From Patescibacteria group bacterium (GTDB lineage Bacteria > Patescibacteriota > Gracilibacteria > BD1-5 > UBA2023), in assembly GCA_036171455.1 (NCBI GenBank), contig JAVHRB010000049.1, forward strand, positions 1-39,742: DNA of 39,742 nucleotides. Direction: 5' to 3'. The notes beneath the pieces are model-generated. The model saw nothing but the letters and a program-made list of their open reading frames with translations. It was not told where the DNA came from and made no database searches. Both the position numbers and the translations under genes were made by a program. Within the stretch, counting starts at the first letter, position 1. Every line of letters begins with the position of its first letter. Below, piece by piece: positions 21,204-33,253 of the stretch.

Positions 21204-24200
21204 TTATTTGAGCCAATCCGGAAGATCATCGACGTTAGCTGTCGGTTGGATTTCCAACATGGGGGTCGTGATTTTCGGTTTCTTTGGCTTTGGTGGTTTT
21301 TCGGTTTTCTTTTCTGATTTCATACTAGCGGGTTCCGGAAGATTATCAGCAAGAGGGGCTGGTTCGGGAAAGCCGTAATTTTTTTCTATTTCAGCATCTC
21401 CGAAAATATCGTCTTCTTCGGGTGGTACGACTTCTGCTGATACTGGTGGTGAAACTGAAACTACCGGCTCGAAATTCTTTAACCAATCGGGTAGCTCCTC
21501 GTTTGCTGGCTCTGGAACTGGCTCTGGAACTGGCTCTGGAACCGATTCCAAAGACGGACTTTCCATTGATATATCCGGAATCGGTTCATTTTCCAATACT
21601 CATGCCGTTGGTTCATTAACTCCTGGAAGTTCTTCATCTCGTTCTTCCATATCGTTCGAGTCTTCTTGTGGTAGTGTCACCATTGACTCCGTCTCATTTG
21701 AATTTTCCAAGGAAGCGGCTACTGGTTTAGTTTCCGTTACATTCGAACCTACGAGCCAGCTCGGTAATTCAGATTCTGGAGGAGTCCCTATTGAAGGCGG
21801 TATTTGCGATTGTGAAATATTCGCAAAACTATCTTCAGTAGCAGCTTCTGGAACACGTTCAACTTCCGGTACGTTCGTAAGTCGATCCGTGGTACTTTTG
21901 AGCCAATCCGGTATTTCAGCAGTGACTTCCTGGGCTGGTGTGGTTCCAATTGAGGACATCGGATCCGTCATTGGGGCTATCGGAGTCAATACGGGACGGG
22001 GGGGTTCAATTGAAGTTGCAGAAGTACCTTGTGACAGAGAACCGAGAATATCAGGAGTATGTGATTGGGAAAATGGTATCGGTTCTACCGTCGGAGTCAC
22101 AACCGGTGTCGGAATTACCACAGGAGCTGGTCGTGGAACATTTACTAGTGATGGATTCGGTTTTCCCTTTCCAAAAACGCGCTCTATAATAAAATCCTGA
22201 AATCAAAGACTTCCATTTTTGTTCATAATCTTGAAGAAAATAAACAACAGAATACCCGCACCAACTACGATTCCGATAATCCATAGAAACACTTTCATAA
22301 TGTTCATCAGAAGTCCACTCAAACCCGTACTAGGTGCCGCAGGAGCCGGTGCCAACTGGTCCGAAGGAATATTCTTGCTACCTCCGTAGATAATAACACG
22401 AAGTTGTTCCTTGAGAATCAACTTGTCGCCATCTGGAATTTCTTTGTCATCCTTGATATATCCAAGGATTTTTTCACCGATAGTCTTATTCATTTCCAAA
22501 TTCGTTGGGTGGGACAAAATTTCTCAAACCAAGCCCGATTTTTCATCCTTACCGAAAATTTCCTCGTATTTCGTATTGCTTTTCGGAATAAGTTTTCAAA
22601 GTACACTGGTCGCGAGTCCGATATCATCCTTCGTTTCAGAATCCGTTAGGAGGAAACTATCCAGAATATCGAGAAATTCGCTTTTTACTTCATCCTTGAG
22701 AGCCAGTTCAGAAATCTTCATCTGGAAATCGATAATCGTTTTCGTTTTCTCACGATCATCCGGCCAGTTTTCCTGTAATTGACTCAATAGTTGCATGAGT
22801 TTGACTCTATCTCCTTCTGGAGCTTTGTTAGCAATAAGATCCTTAAGTGTCGCAAGACCTTCTTTTTCTTTGTCAGTAAGACCAGTTGGAGCTTTCGTTT
22901 CCGTTTGTTTTTCCGGCGTTACTACCGTATCCGAATAGGTTAGGAGTACTTTCAAATCCCGGCTTCCAAGTTTTTTTCCTGCTGCATCGAATAGGGTAAT
23001 TCGTATGGTCCGTTCTTTTTTCGCATCGAATTTTTTGATGACGAAAGGGGCTCCGCTCGTATACGAATCTGTACCTTTGTTATCGGCATCATCGGCAGGA
23101 TCACCATTGAGGTCAGTATCTACCTGGATATCAGTATCAACGGCATATTTGGCAACGCCTTCATTTTGTCCAAGATACAAATATACGGCTGCTGACTTGT
23201 TTTCTACGATAATAGTATTCCCTTCCATGCTTGGATAGGAAAATACATTTACCGAATCTTTGGAATTCTTTATCTTATTCGCGTTCACTACGTCTTTTCT
23301 CAGGGTAACGGTCGTAGTTTTGGTACTTGTTCCATCCCCCACTTCCAAGGTTACTTCCCTATTCTCCAATTCATCCGGAACCGTCACAACGAAACTATCG
23401 GGATTTTCGGAAGTGGAATCGCCTACGGTCCATTTCACAGTGGAAAATACTCCCGTAGTAGTATTGAACAATGCATAGGTGTTCCCCACCCCGATATATT
23501 CGAGATTCGGTACGATTTCATTCCGAACGACGATTTGTTGATATCTGGTATTAGAAATACCGCGATATCCCGCTTTGACTTTCATATTGTAGTTTCCCGG
23601 TACGGAATATTTATGCCGTACGGTCGGTTCCTTGGTCGTTTCATCATAAAATCCATCACCGTCGAAATCCCATTTGTATTCCACATCACTCGACAAATCC
23701 TTTTCAATAATATTTTTTACTGAAGCTTGGAAAGTGACTTCTTCTTCTACTCGAACTTGAGAACTGGAAGCTTTGAGTGTGATGAGTGGTGTATTAATAT
23801 TATCGCTCGCGAGCACAATGGAATACCGTTCATCATGAATTTCCTCGGAATTCACTTTAGCACCGTTAGAATCTTCCATTGATACTGCGAAAAAATATTT
23901 TCCATTGATCTTCGGTACGACAAATGTCGTTTTTGGCCCCTTGGTGATTCGAAAATCCTGTGGTTCCGGATCACTGTCGGTATAATAGTACCAAAGATAG
24001 GAAACAATAACTCCGTCAGGATCGACGGCATTATTGAGTACTACGCTAACCACCACAGGGTCCACATCGGTCTTATCAGCAGAAATGTCGATAGAGGCAA
24101 ACTTTGGCAATGCATTTTCCACTTTGACATATATGGTAGCATTACTGGTCTTATTTGATTTTTGGGATCGTATCGTTAGAGAAACCGGAAAACACCCAAG

Positions 24201-26702
24201 TTCGTCGAACTTGTAAGAAAACTGTTTCTGTGTTGAAGTCTTTCCCTGATATTTCCAAATATAGTCGAGATTCTCCGTTGTACCATCAGTATTCACACTC
24301 TCAGTACCGGAAATCTTCAGAGCATCAGTACGGTTCGTAACATAGGCTTCCCCGGTTGGGCAAGCATCAGGAGTCACCTCCATACTGTCGTTTCACTTGT
24401 TTACGCCGATAACGGCCTGAGGGGAATCCGTATCGACGATATAAACCTTTCGGGCTATAGAATTGGAAGTCCCAGAATCGGCATTTCAGCGAACGGTAAG
24501 CCGAACATTATACGTACCGGATTTCTTGTACGTGTGAAATATTCGTGCTTCACCAGAATTTTCCGTTTCTCCATCACCAAAATCCCATTCGAAAACGGTC
24601 GCTTCCTTGGATTCAGCAACGATGGCAACAGAAGTCCCGATTGGCGTGATTTTTGGAGTAACGATCAGTTTGACCGAAAGTAACGAACTAATCTGGATAT
24701 CTTTTTTCGCCTGAGTCGTTTTTCCCTGTTCGTTCGTTATATCCAACAATACCGTGTGCATACCTTTCGTATTGAACGTATATTGTCCCAACATTCCGCT
24801 ACGCAATGAATTATCAAGTTCGATTTGTTCTCCATCAATCGTCCAAACAAAGGTAAGTTTGCTCGAATCGAGACTGTCCGGGTCAAAACTCCGGGTCGCA
24901 TCGAACGAAATGGTATTGGGTGTTTCGGAATTGATGGATTTTGCCTCAAAATTCGCGATTGGATTTTTGGAATCAATCTGGACCCTCAAATTATCTGTAT
25001 CTTCTTTACCTCCGGCAGACACCGTCTTGAGGCGAACGATATAGTCCCCCATTCGGGCAAATTTATAATTGATCGACTGGTTCTTTGTGGTATAGAGCGA
25101 TTTTCCACTATCAGCCTCCAAGATACTCCATTCATAGGTCAAAAGCGCATTCGAAAGATTACTCGTAGCATTGAATTTGAAATCGTCACCAGCAAACCCG
25201 GTAGTTTTGTTAGCACGTATCGACGCTATCGGATCCTGAGAAATCAGACGGATAATTTTTTCGATTCCAATAGGGCTTTCATTGGTAGTAATTTTAATTT
25301 TCACTGTGTAAATACCTTCCTGAGCATATACTTGCCGTTCGAGTTTTGGCCCTCCATTATAGGAGCTAAGATTCCCATTGCCAAAATCCCACTCTGTTTT
25401 CATAATGGTAGCTCCGGCAGCTGGCGTACTGGAAGAAGCATCGATAACGAGACCGGCACGACCTTGATTCGGAGTAATTTTAAACGTATCGATACTACTC
25501 GCATTTGCACCATTGATGAACAGGAGGATATTTGCAAGTCGGGGGAGGACTTGAATTTCCTGAGTACCGACGAATGGCATAATATCGACTTTTCCTTTGG
25601 AATTCCGACTCGCGGAACTAATATCCAAATTTACCGTATATACGGATTCCGATGAAAATTTATAGCCAATAGAAGGTCCTTTCCCAATGACTTGTCGGGT
25701 ATTTCCTGCACCTCGAATCCACCAGACATAGTTCGAATCTGGAATCGTTACCCCGGAAGGATCTCGTGCTTCCGTAGCTCGGAGTGTACTCGTGAGCGGA
25801 GCATTTCACGAAGTCGGGGTAGCGGTGATTTTTGCGGTAATACTCCCAACCTTTATCTTTGTCAAAAAATCTTTGAGCGCATTTCCTAGACGTTCTATGT
25901 ACACATCAGAATCTGGATATTTTTGAATGAGCGCCAATTGGTTCAGTACGTTGTTGGTAAGACTGGTATTAAAATCCATGGTGGAATCCGAAAAAGTGTC
26001 CTTGGATTGTTCCAGGACACCACGAAGCAAGTTGATATTTTTGGTGGACAGCTTGCCATCGACTTCTTGTTCCTGATCCATGTCTTGCATGATTTTCAGA
26101 ATGCTGGAACGGTAATAGTCAAAACCTCGAGAATCGTTCGTCGCCGCAAAAGTGGTATCGATTACAAAAGGATTTCCCCACTTTTCCAAAAACGTTACCG
26201 GTTTGATCAGGCTGGTATTCGGAGTAGCAGAACCGTTTCCGATAATGAAAGTAGTAATGCTCCATGCGAAGAAAATAATCAATAGCCCGATAATGGCACG
26301 GAAAATAATTTTCTTTCCGCTTTTGACTTTTTCCTCATCGCCCGCAGCGGTCAGGATGGAAAATCCTGCCCACATAATCAGGATAACTACGATGAGTGTC
26401 AGGAATCCAAGGAGATAGATGATAATATCCTGAACGTACTGGGAAAATGTTTTTCCAGTCTCGATACCAGTAATACCGTCTTTCACCGTATCCGTTCCAT
26501 TTTTGAGAGAACAGTAATTTGGATCATTGGAATCAGCACTGTTACAGTACGGTACCTGCTCAGTATCAACACACAGTGGAGGTATACACCATGCTGATAC
26601 CGATGGCGTTGCAATGAGGGAAGATGAGTCATTTCAAACGAGAAATGGAGATGTCAGTATGACCAACATGATGATGAATCGCACCAAACGAAGCATATTC
26701 AT
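21204..26702 (-). CDS. giant surface protein (1832 aa): signal peptide, TrbC/VirB2-like (T4SS-pilin-like) two-TM domain, at least 7 PKD-like domains, helical region, TM helix, Pro/acidic tail with PDWLK repeats
   Basis: ATG 26700-26702 (MNMLRLVRFIIMLVILTSPFLV), with in-frame TAG upstream at 26745-26747. ORFs 25806-26486, 24486-25628, 22596-24383, 22203-22517, 21600-22121 and 21204-21596 all share one frame, separated only by TGA (25806, 24486, 22596, 22203, 21600); the linking gaps have no TAA/TAG. TAA 21204-21206. LIMWAGFSILTAAGDEEKVKSGKKIIFRAIIGLLIIFFAW resembles CPR T4SS-pilin-like proteins. PKD signatures are EWDFGDGETENSGEARIFHTYKKSGTYNVRLTV, YKWDFDGDGFYDE...YSVPGNYNMKV and TEWDFGNGN...GIYTVKIKI. 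Confidence 0.75.
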
Positions 26703-26776
26703 GAAATTTATAGAGTAATGAGCAAAAAATGCCTTACCCTGACACTATCACAAAGCGGGCGGGAAAGCAAAAAAAG

Positions 26777-28165
26777 TTAGTTTTCGCAAGAAACTTCGAA
26801 TCCAGTACGGTCGAGCAGCTGTTTTTTCCGGCAAGCAACCTGATTTTGTACCGTTCCGAGAATAATTTTTGCATTTTGATCCGGACGGTCGAGTGCATGG
26901 CCAAATGATTGTTCGAACTCGGAAGTAAGCCCACTATCAAAATTCACGAGGGTAACATCCTGACCAGGTATGAAACTGTCGTACTGTACCCAGGGATAAT
27001 TTTTGTTCATGTTCTGTTTGTTAACTTTGAGTGTTTCGAGAACATCATTTCTTGCGGGAAGGTATTGCGGAAAGTTCGCGCTATAGAGTTCCCCAGCCGA
27101 TTTGGAAGTGAGATACCCGACAAAATCTCCAGCCGCGTTGCTATTCATGGAAAACTTCGAAACGGCAAAATAATTATATCTCGCTAAGTTAGTCTTTTTT
27201 CAGCTTTGAAACTGCGGAACGGGGGCGGAACGCAAGTCTTTTTTACTCAATGTTGCACTGTCTCCTGCTCGCTTCACGGAATATTCAATTTCTCGTAACA
27301 GAGAAGGAAAACCAAAAATTACGCTGAGTCTTCCAGTAACGAACATGTCCGTCGTAGACAATGCGTTCTGTTCCATTTCGGAACGAATCGAAGTCGGATC
27401 GGTCATTTCTCCGAGGGTTTTTGCGTATTTAAGATATCCGTCCAACCCTTTGACTGCAGCATCCTCCCCCGTTCGAACCACGGAGTCAATATTGTTTTGA
27501 ATGAGAAAAAGACTCGCAACACTCGGGGCTTGGGTAATATATTTGGAACCAAGTCCGAGTGCAACGGGAGCATTGACAGACGTATCCAAAAAAGCAGGTT
27601 CAAATTCTTCCCAAGTAGCTGGAACGGAACTGTCGAGAACCGATCGGTTATAGTAGGCTCACATGGTTTCATATCCGATTGGTGCACCCCGGAGTTTCAT
27701 AATCTGTATATCTGCTCCCTGGTCGTTTTTTGCAGGAGTAATCTCAATGAGAGGATCGAAAAGTCGATTGAGATTTCGAGAAAGATCCTGTCCATCGAAA
27801 AAAGTATCGGGAAGTGGATCGATCTTTGATTCAAGGAGACCCGCTCCAGTCGACGGAACTACGAAAATATCCGGAGAATTCCCATCAGCAATCACGTTGA
27901 TGAGCGTTCGTTCGTAATCCTGATAGCTCGCGAATTTGGTAAAAACGATTTTTGTATTCGCATACATAGGCTTTTGCGACTGAAAGTCAGCAACAAGTGG
28001 TTCAAATCCCGCAGTATCATCACCCACCACCCAAACCGAAAGTTCGGTAGGTCAAGTTGGTCATTTTGCTGCTTTTTTCCCTTTGGTTACCATCAGCATA
28101 GCAATGACTAAACCAACAATAATGACACCAATGATGGAAAATACGATGATTTTTTTGGGAGACAT
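26777..28165 (-). CDS. membrane-anchored extracellular solute-binding protein (family 1 SBP-like), orphan
   Basis: ATG 28163-28165 (MSPKKIIVFSIIGVIIVGLVIAMLMV). ORFs 27659-28030, 27200-27589 and 26777-27148 share one frame, joined by TGA 27659 and 27200. TAA 26777-26779. VWVVGDDTAGFEPLVADFQ...DIFVVPSTG...RLSVIFGFPS fits the SBP_bac_1/8 layout. No permease or ATPase gene is adjacent. Confidence 0.7.
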
Positions 28166-28192
28166 GGGGGTATTCAGATTATGAAATTCGAC

Positions 28193-28588
28193 TTAACGGA
28201 GATGAGAAAGGAGCAATTTTTGCACCCGTTCCAGTTCCTCGGAACTCGCTTGCGGTTTAGATTCAAAACGGACTTCTTCCATGGAATTGGCCGGAATTAT
28301 GTGGAGATGTGCATGCGGAACTTCGAAACCGAGCACGTGGTATGTGGCTCTCGCAGTACCAAAAGCCGTTTTGCTGGCTAGAGCAATTTTTTGGGCTACT
28401 TGGAACAATTCGCTATAAAAAGGCTCATCCAGCGATTCAATCGCGTCAACGGCCATTTTGGGAACAACGAGCACATGACCCGGTCGCAAAGGATGAATAT
28501 CGAGAAATGCAAAGACATATGGAGTTTCATAAATCTTGTAGCACGGAATTTCCCCCTCGATAATTCTAGTAAAAATAGTTTTGGACAT
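28193..28588 (-). CDS. HIT (histidine triad) family nucleotide hydrolase/transferase
   Basis: MSKTIFTRIIEGEIPCYKIYETPYVFAFLDIHPLRPGHVLVVPK and the HxHxHxx motif VPHAHLHIIP. ATG 28586-28588, TAA 28193-28195. Confidence 0.9.
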   Translation of the reverse strand: MSKTIFTRIIEGEIPCYKIYETPYVFAFLDIHPLRPGHVLVVPKMAVDAIESLDEPFYSELFQVAQKIALASKTAFGTARATYHVLGFEVPHAHLHIIPANSMEEVRFESKPQASSEELERVQKLLLSHLR

Positions 28589-28842
28589 AGGAAGAGTATA
28601 TGTGAAAACGTCTCATTTTTCAAATTTACAAACTACAAGTTTTCTTTACAATCCTTTTCGAGATCACCTTAATATATCTGGAACCTCTGAAATATGTCAG
28701 AATTTGAAATCAAATTCAAGTTCCAAGCAAGGCATACTCCTCAAGAACAGAAATTTGATTGTGCATCGGAGAAATGAACGAAAAATTTCGATTTTACCGA
28801 GGAATCCATGAAGATTTCCTACTTTCTACGAACTATAACAGC

Positions 28843-30288
28843 ATGCACAATACCAAAACCACCTTTTACGTCAAAACGTTCGGTTGTCAGATGAACTACG
28901 CAGATTCTGAAAAAATCCACCGAGTTCTTTTGCAGGCGGGATGTCTCAAAGTACTCGATCCATCGCTCGCGGATATCATCGTCATCAACACCTGTTCTGT
29001 TCGGCAAAAGGGCGAGGATCGGGTATTCGGATTCGTTCGGGAAGTACGGAAATTTGCAAAAACCACCGGTAAAAATCCGGTAATCGCCGTAACAGGATGT
29101 ATGATCCGGAAAACAGGATTAGCCAAACGGTATCTCGAAACAACTGAACGCGATCAAGTCTATACTATTACCCTCCTCGGAGGAGAGGGAAATTTTTGGA
29201 ATTGGGACGATCCATTACTGCTCCGGAGCGATGACATCGATCTCGTATTCCGGATTGAAGAAACGGGCCACCTCGCCAAGATGCTCAGCGTCATATTGGA
29301 CCGCGATTTCGGGAACGACGAGAAATGGGAAGAATACCTAAAAATTTCCCAAATCAGCTCGACTGCGGCTTCGGCGAACGTCATTATCCAGACGGGATGC
29401 GACAATTATTGTACCTTTTGTATCGTACCATATACCCGGGGTCGCGAATACTCCCGTCCTATCGCGGAGATTGCGGACGAAGTTAGAAACGTCGTGGCAA
29501 ATGGTGCAACGGAAATCACCCTGCTCTGACAAAACGTGAACAGTTATGGAAAACTTACCCGAAAAAAACTCTGGAACGAAGAAGCACTCACTTGGGAAAA
29601 AACGGGATCAGTTACCCCATTTCGGGAACTTCTTAACGAACTCGGAACGATTGACGGACTCAAGCGAATCCGATTCACCTCGAGTAATCCGCATGATATG
29701 ACTCCGGATATATTGAACGCACATTTCGAGATTCCTTCGATGTGCCCATATCTCCATTTTGCTCTCCAATCCGGTTCCGACGCGGTACTCTGACGAATGA
29801 ACCGGAAACACTGATATCATGATTTCAAAATCCAACTCGACTATCTCCGTTCGAAAGATCCGCTGTTTTCCGTGTCCACGGATATTATCGTCGGATTCCC
29901 CGGGGAAACAGCACAGGAATTCGAGGAAACTGCCCAGGCTATGCGGGAATGTGAATTTGATTTTGCCTATGTCGCTCGCTACAGCGTCCGAAACGGAACC
30001 GTTGCTTCAAAGCTCGAAGATGACGTTTCCGCTACCGAAAAAGCCCGAAGATGGTCCATACTCAACGATATTCTCCGGGATTCGGTACGAAAGAGGAATC
30101 TCCTCATGATCGGTCGAACTGAGGAAATCCTCATATCTGGATCCGAGAGTGATACCCTATTCGTCGGAAGGACGAGGAATTTCAAAGAAGTGCATCTTCC
30201 GAAAAGTCAAGACCTGCAAATCTGAGATACCGTACTAGTAAAAATTACAGATCTCGACGGCTGGGCTCTGCGAGGAGAACTGGTATAA
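28843..30288 (+). CDS. miaB: tRNA-2-methylthio-N6-dimethylallyladenosine synthase (radical SAM methylthiotransferase, MiaB type)
   Basis: FYVKTFGCQMNYADSEKI (UPF0004 domain), GCDNYCTFCIVPYTRGREYSRP (radical SAM CxxxCxxC) and ITLL-G-QNVNSYG (TGA 29527-29529). TRAM-like end is TVLVKITDLDGWALRGELV. ORFs 28759-29529, 29536-29793 and 29872-30225 share one frame. TAA 30286-30288. Start ATG 28843 was chosen; an upstream alternative start is possible. Confidence 0.88.
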
Positions 30289-31378
30289 TATAATCTATCG
30301 CGCTTTTTGCGGAAGTACCGTATGACGTTTTGCGGAAATTCCGGAGCGTTTCGAGCACGTTTCATAACTCGGACAAGCGGGATTCAGATAGTACGATATG
30401 TTCCGGATTGATGTTTTGATACTCCACAGCATTCACGTATTGGTGATTAAACGAGGAAATCCCGAGTGGTATCATAATAATCCGTAGTCCAAACAGTTCG
30501 CATTCTGCGAGTGTAGTCGCCGCAGCGCGAACGATGGCGATATCTGCATCCGCATATGCTTTTGCAAGTTCTTCATGGAAAAACCATTTTTTTACGTAAA
30601 CATTCGGGTATTTTGAGAACTGGTCAAAAAAATGTTCGTTGAGAGTGCCGAGTGCCACAGTAAAATGTACTTCTGGGAAATCATTCACACAATCGAGTAG
30701 CTGTTGGAAAATCATGGTTGATCCGAGACCTCCACACTGGACTACTATTCGAGTAGCAAAATTGTCGTTTTTTCGGACAAACGGATGGGAATGCAGATAT
30801 TCCGTAAAGATAGGATCAATCCATTGTCCGACAAATTCCGTCGGCACGCCATGAAAAAATTTCCCAGCGCTCTCGAATCCGAGAAATACCCGTTTCGAAA
30901 AATATCATACCACGCGGTTCGTGAGTCCTGGTATTGTGTCGGATTCATGAACGTACATCGGGATTTGCATGAGCCAAGCGCAGATTCCTACGGGAAGTGC
31001 CACTCCCCCGCCCTTGCAAAAAATGGCCGTGGGTTGAATTTTTTTGAGTGCCTGGTATGATTGGAAAAGTGCCTTAACAAAAAAAAGCGGTTGCAATAAA
31101 TTTCTCCAGGAAAATTGTCGTCGAAATTTGATACCCTGAATGGGAAAAAATTGGATTTCATGCTCAGAAGCCTTGTTTTCATCCATTCCTCCGGCTTCTC
31201 CTATCCAAATGCAATCGATACCATGAACTGTTTTGAGTAGGTCGTGCAGCATGATGATAGGCAATATATGACCTCCGGAACCACCACCGATACAGGCAAT
31301 TTTTGGAATCGTTGACAGAATGGGAATTTTAGGATTTTCCCGGGATTTTTTATTGTCGATATACACTTTTTTAGTCAT
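30245..31378 (-). CDS. murG: undecaprenyldiphospho-muramoylpentapeptide beta-N-acetylglucosaminyltransferase (MurG)
   Basis: ATG 31376-31378 (MTKKVYIDNKK). CIGGGSGGHILP matches the GGTGGH motif. The C-terminal domain reads IVVQCGGLGS...ADIAIVRAAATTLAECELFG. ORFs 30905-31516 and 30362-30847 are joined by TGA 30905. TGA 30362-30364 is read through to TAA 30245-30247, giving a 44-nt convergent overlap with miaB. Confidence 0.85.
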
Positions 31379-32483
31379 GACTGAGTGAGTATTTTCCAGA
31401 AATATTTCGCCGTATGGTACCGAAAATCTCCATTTTACCAAGTTCAGCCTGTATTTCGGTCGTATTGGCTCGGAGTGCCTCTGCGAGTCGGTCGACGGTA
31501 CACTCGTTTCCATCAAGCACGATCAAGATATTCCGTTCGAGAGAATTTTCCGAATTGGGAACAGCAACCGATGTAGCAAGGGATAATCCGTATTCGTTGA
31601 GGATATCGTCCGGAGAGAGCAGAAGCTTTGCCGATGCGTTCTGAATGAGACGATTGGCGCCGAGGGAATTCCTCCGGGAAATATCGGACGGGATGGCGAA
31701 CACGTCTTTTCCCATTTCGAGGGCAAGTTGAGCCGTGATGAGGGATCCGGATTTTTCCTTGGCTTCTACGACAATGAGCCCCCGGGAAAGTCCAGCAATG
31801 ATTTCGTTGCGTTGTGGAAACGTATATGGAGCAGCTTCCATACCAATAGGAAACTGGGAAACTACGGCACCGCCCGAACGGATGACCCTCTCAAAAAGCG
31901 GTTCGTGGGAACGGGGATATGGCCGGTCGATACCGCTGCCGAGCACGACGATCGTGTGACCCTGATATTGTAAAGCGGTTTCATGTGATAGTCCATCGAT
32001 TCCAAGTGCTCCACCAGATACGATAGAAATTCCGGCTCGGACGAGTTTCGGAATGAAACTTTTGACAATCTGTTCCCCATACGGGGTCGCCTGACGGGAA
32101 CCGACCATGCCGATATTGATACCTTCAGAAACGATATTACCCCGGACATAGAGCAAAAACGGAGGATTGGGAATATTATGGAGTTCCTGTGGAAAATCCA
32201 TATCCGAATAGAGCAGAATCCGAATGTCCGTATCCTCGATTTTGGTTCGGTATACGGAAAATGTCTCATTCAACGAGCCGCTGTGGATTTTTGCTTTGCG
32301 CTCGTCGGTCAGGGGTATTTTTTGGAATACCAATGATAATATCCGTCCGGGATTTTCCCATGTCTCCGACTCGATTGTCCGCCTGAGGGTGGCATCGGCG
32401 AAAATGGCAAACAAATCCCGATGAGTACAGCCGAGAAAGTGCAGGTATGACCAGGAAATAGACGTTGGAATCTGGGTTACCAT
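31371..32483 (-). CDS. dprA: DNA-processing protein DprA (SMF family)
   Basis: PPFLLYVRGN, GMVGSRQATPYGEQ, SGGALGIDGLSHETAL, IVVLGSGIDRPYPRSH and VEAKEKSGSLITAQLALEMGKDVFAIP are present. ATG 32481-32483 overlaps the upstream TAA (ATGGTAA). TAA 31371-31373 overlaps the murG start. Confidence 0.88.
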   Translation of the reverse strand: MVTQIPTSISWSYLHFLGCTHRDLFAIFADATLRRTIESETWENPGRILSLVFQKIPLTDERKAKIHSGSLNETFSVYRTKIEDTDIRILLYSDMDFPQELHNIPNPPFLLYVRGNIVSEGINIGMVGSRQATPYGEQIVKSFIPKLVRAGISIVSGGALGIDGLSHETALQYQGHTIVVLGSGIDRPYPRSHEPLFERVIRSGGAVVSQFPIGMEAAPYTFPQRNEIIAGLSRGLIVVEAKEKSGSLITAQLALEMGKDVFAIPSDISRRNSLGANRLIQNASAKLLLSPDDILNEYGLSLATSVAVPNSENSLERNILIVLDGNECTVDRLAEALRANTTEIQAELGKMEIFGTIRRNISGKYSLSHD

Positions 32484-33253
32484 AGGTGAAATGCCGTTTG
32501 AAATGCCAAATTTATTTGATCTGGTTGGTTGAGTATCAGTTGAGCACCGTACGTCGTAGAAACTGGTCCAGCCAAGAGATGGGAAGGAATTTGCGCATTT
32601 TTTGAAATTTGCCATTCCGTCGGATGAACCAAAGAAACTCGCAACACCTGGTATTCTAGAAAACACTGAATCAATATGGAATCCGGGATGGTTTCATTAA
32701 ATAAAACGATTCCTCTCTGCTCGTTTTTTTCCGCGATTTTCGTGAATATCTCCCGAGCTGGTTTTTCTTTGACGCTCTCAGTACATGACAAGATGCACCG
32801 TTTCAAGAATCTGAGGAAATGTCGAAGTTCCTGCGCATCCCTCGGAAACGGATATTCCAGAAATCCACTTTGGGAAACCGATGCGCCTATGAGCACGATA
32901 CTCCCCTGAAGTTCCTGTTCCCAAACCGATTCACAAAGGAGCATGACTGATTCGGACAGCATATCGAATTTAGTTAGCTCCCGGGTACCAAAACGCCAAC
33001 TCGGATCGATGCAAAAAATGAGGCAGGCTTCGTATGATTTTTCCTGCGTATATTCCCGGACAATCAGCGCGTTCTCCTCGAAATTGGATTTTTTGTAATC
33101 GATGCGGGAACATTCCTCTCAAAAAATATAGGGGCGAAGCTCATGAAAATCACCCGAATTCGCCCGAATTCGAGAAACGAAATTCCCGGAATACCGCGAT
33201 TGCAAATGCGTGTTCCGAAAACAGAAATCGAGCGTGTTACGATTGGCGATCAT
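32477..33253 (-). CDS. DUF58-family protein (MoxR-associated, vWA-like)
   Basis: SGNFVSRIRANSGDFHELRPYIFGEECSRIDYKKSNFEENALIVREYTQEKSYEACLIFCIDPSWRF matches the DUF58 G..eF...R.Y..GD....IdWk core. ATG 33251-33253 overlaps the moxR end by 17 nt. TGA 33119-33121. TAA 32477-32479. Confidence 0.72.

Noticed and set aside
24825-25655. 276-aa plus-strand ORF
   Set aside because: It is antisense to PKD repeats of the 1832-aa gene, and the minus frame shows repeated WDFGDG...Y.V.L signatures.
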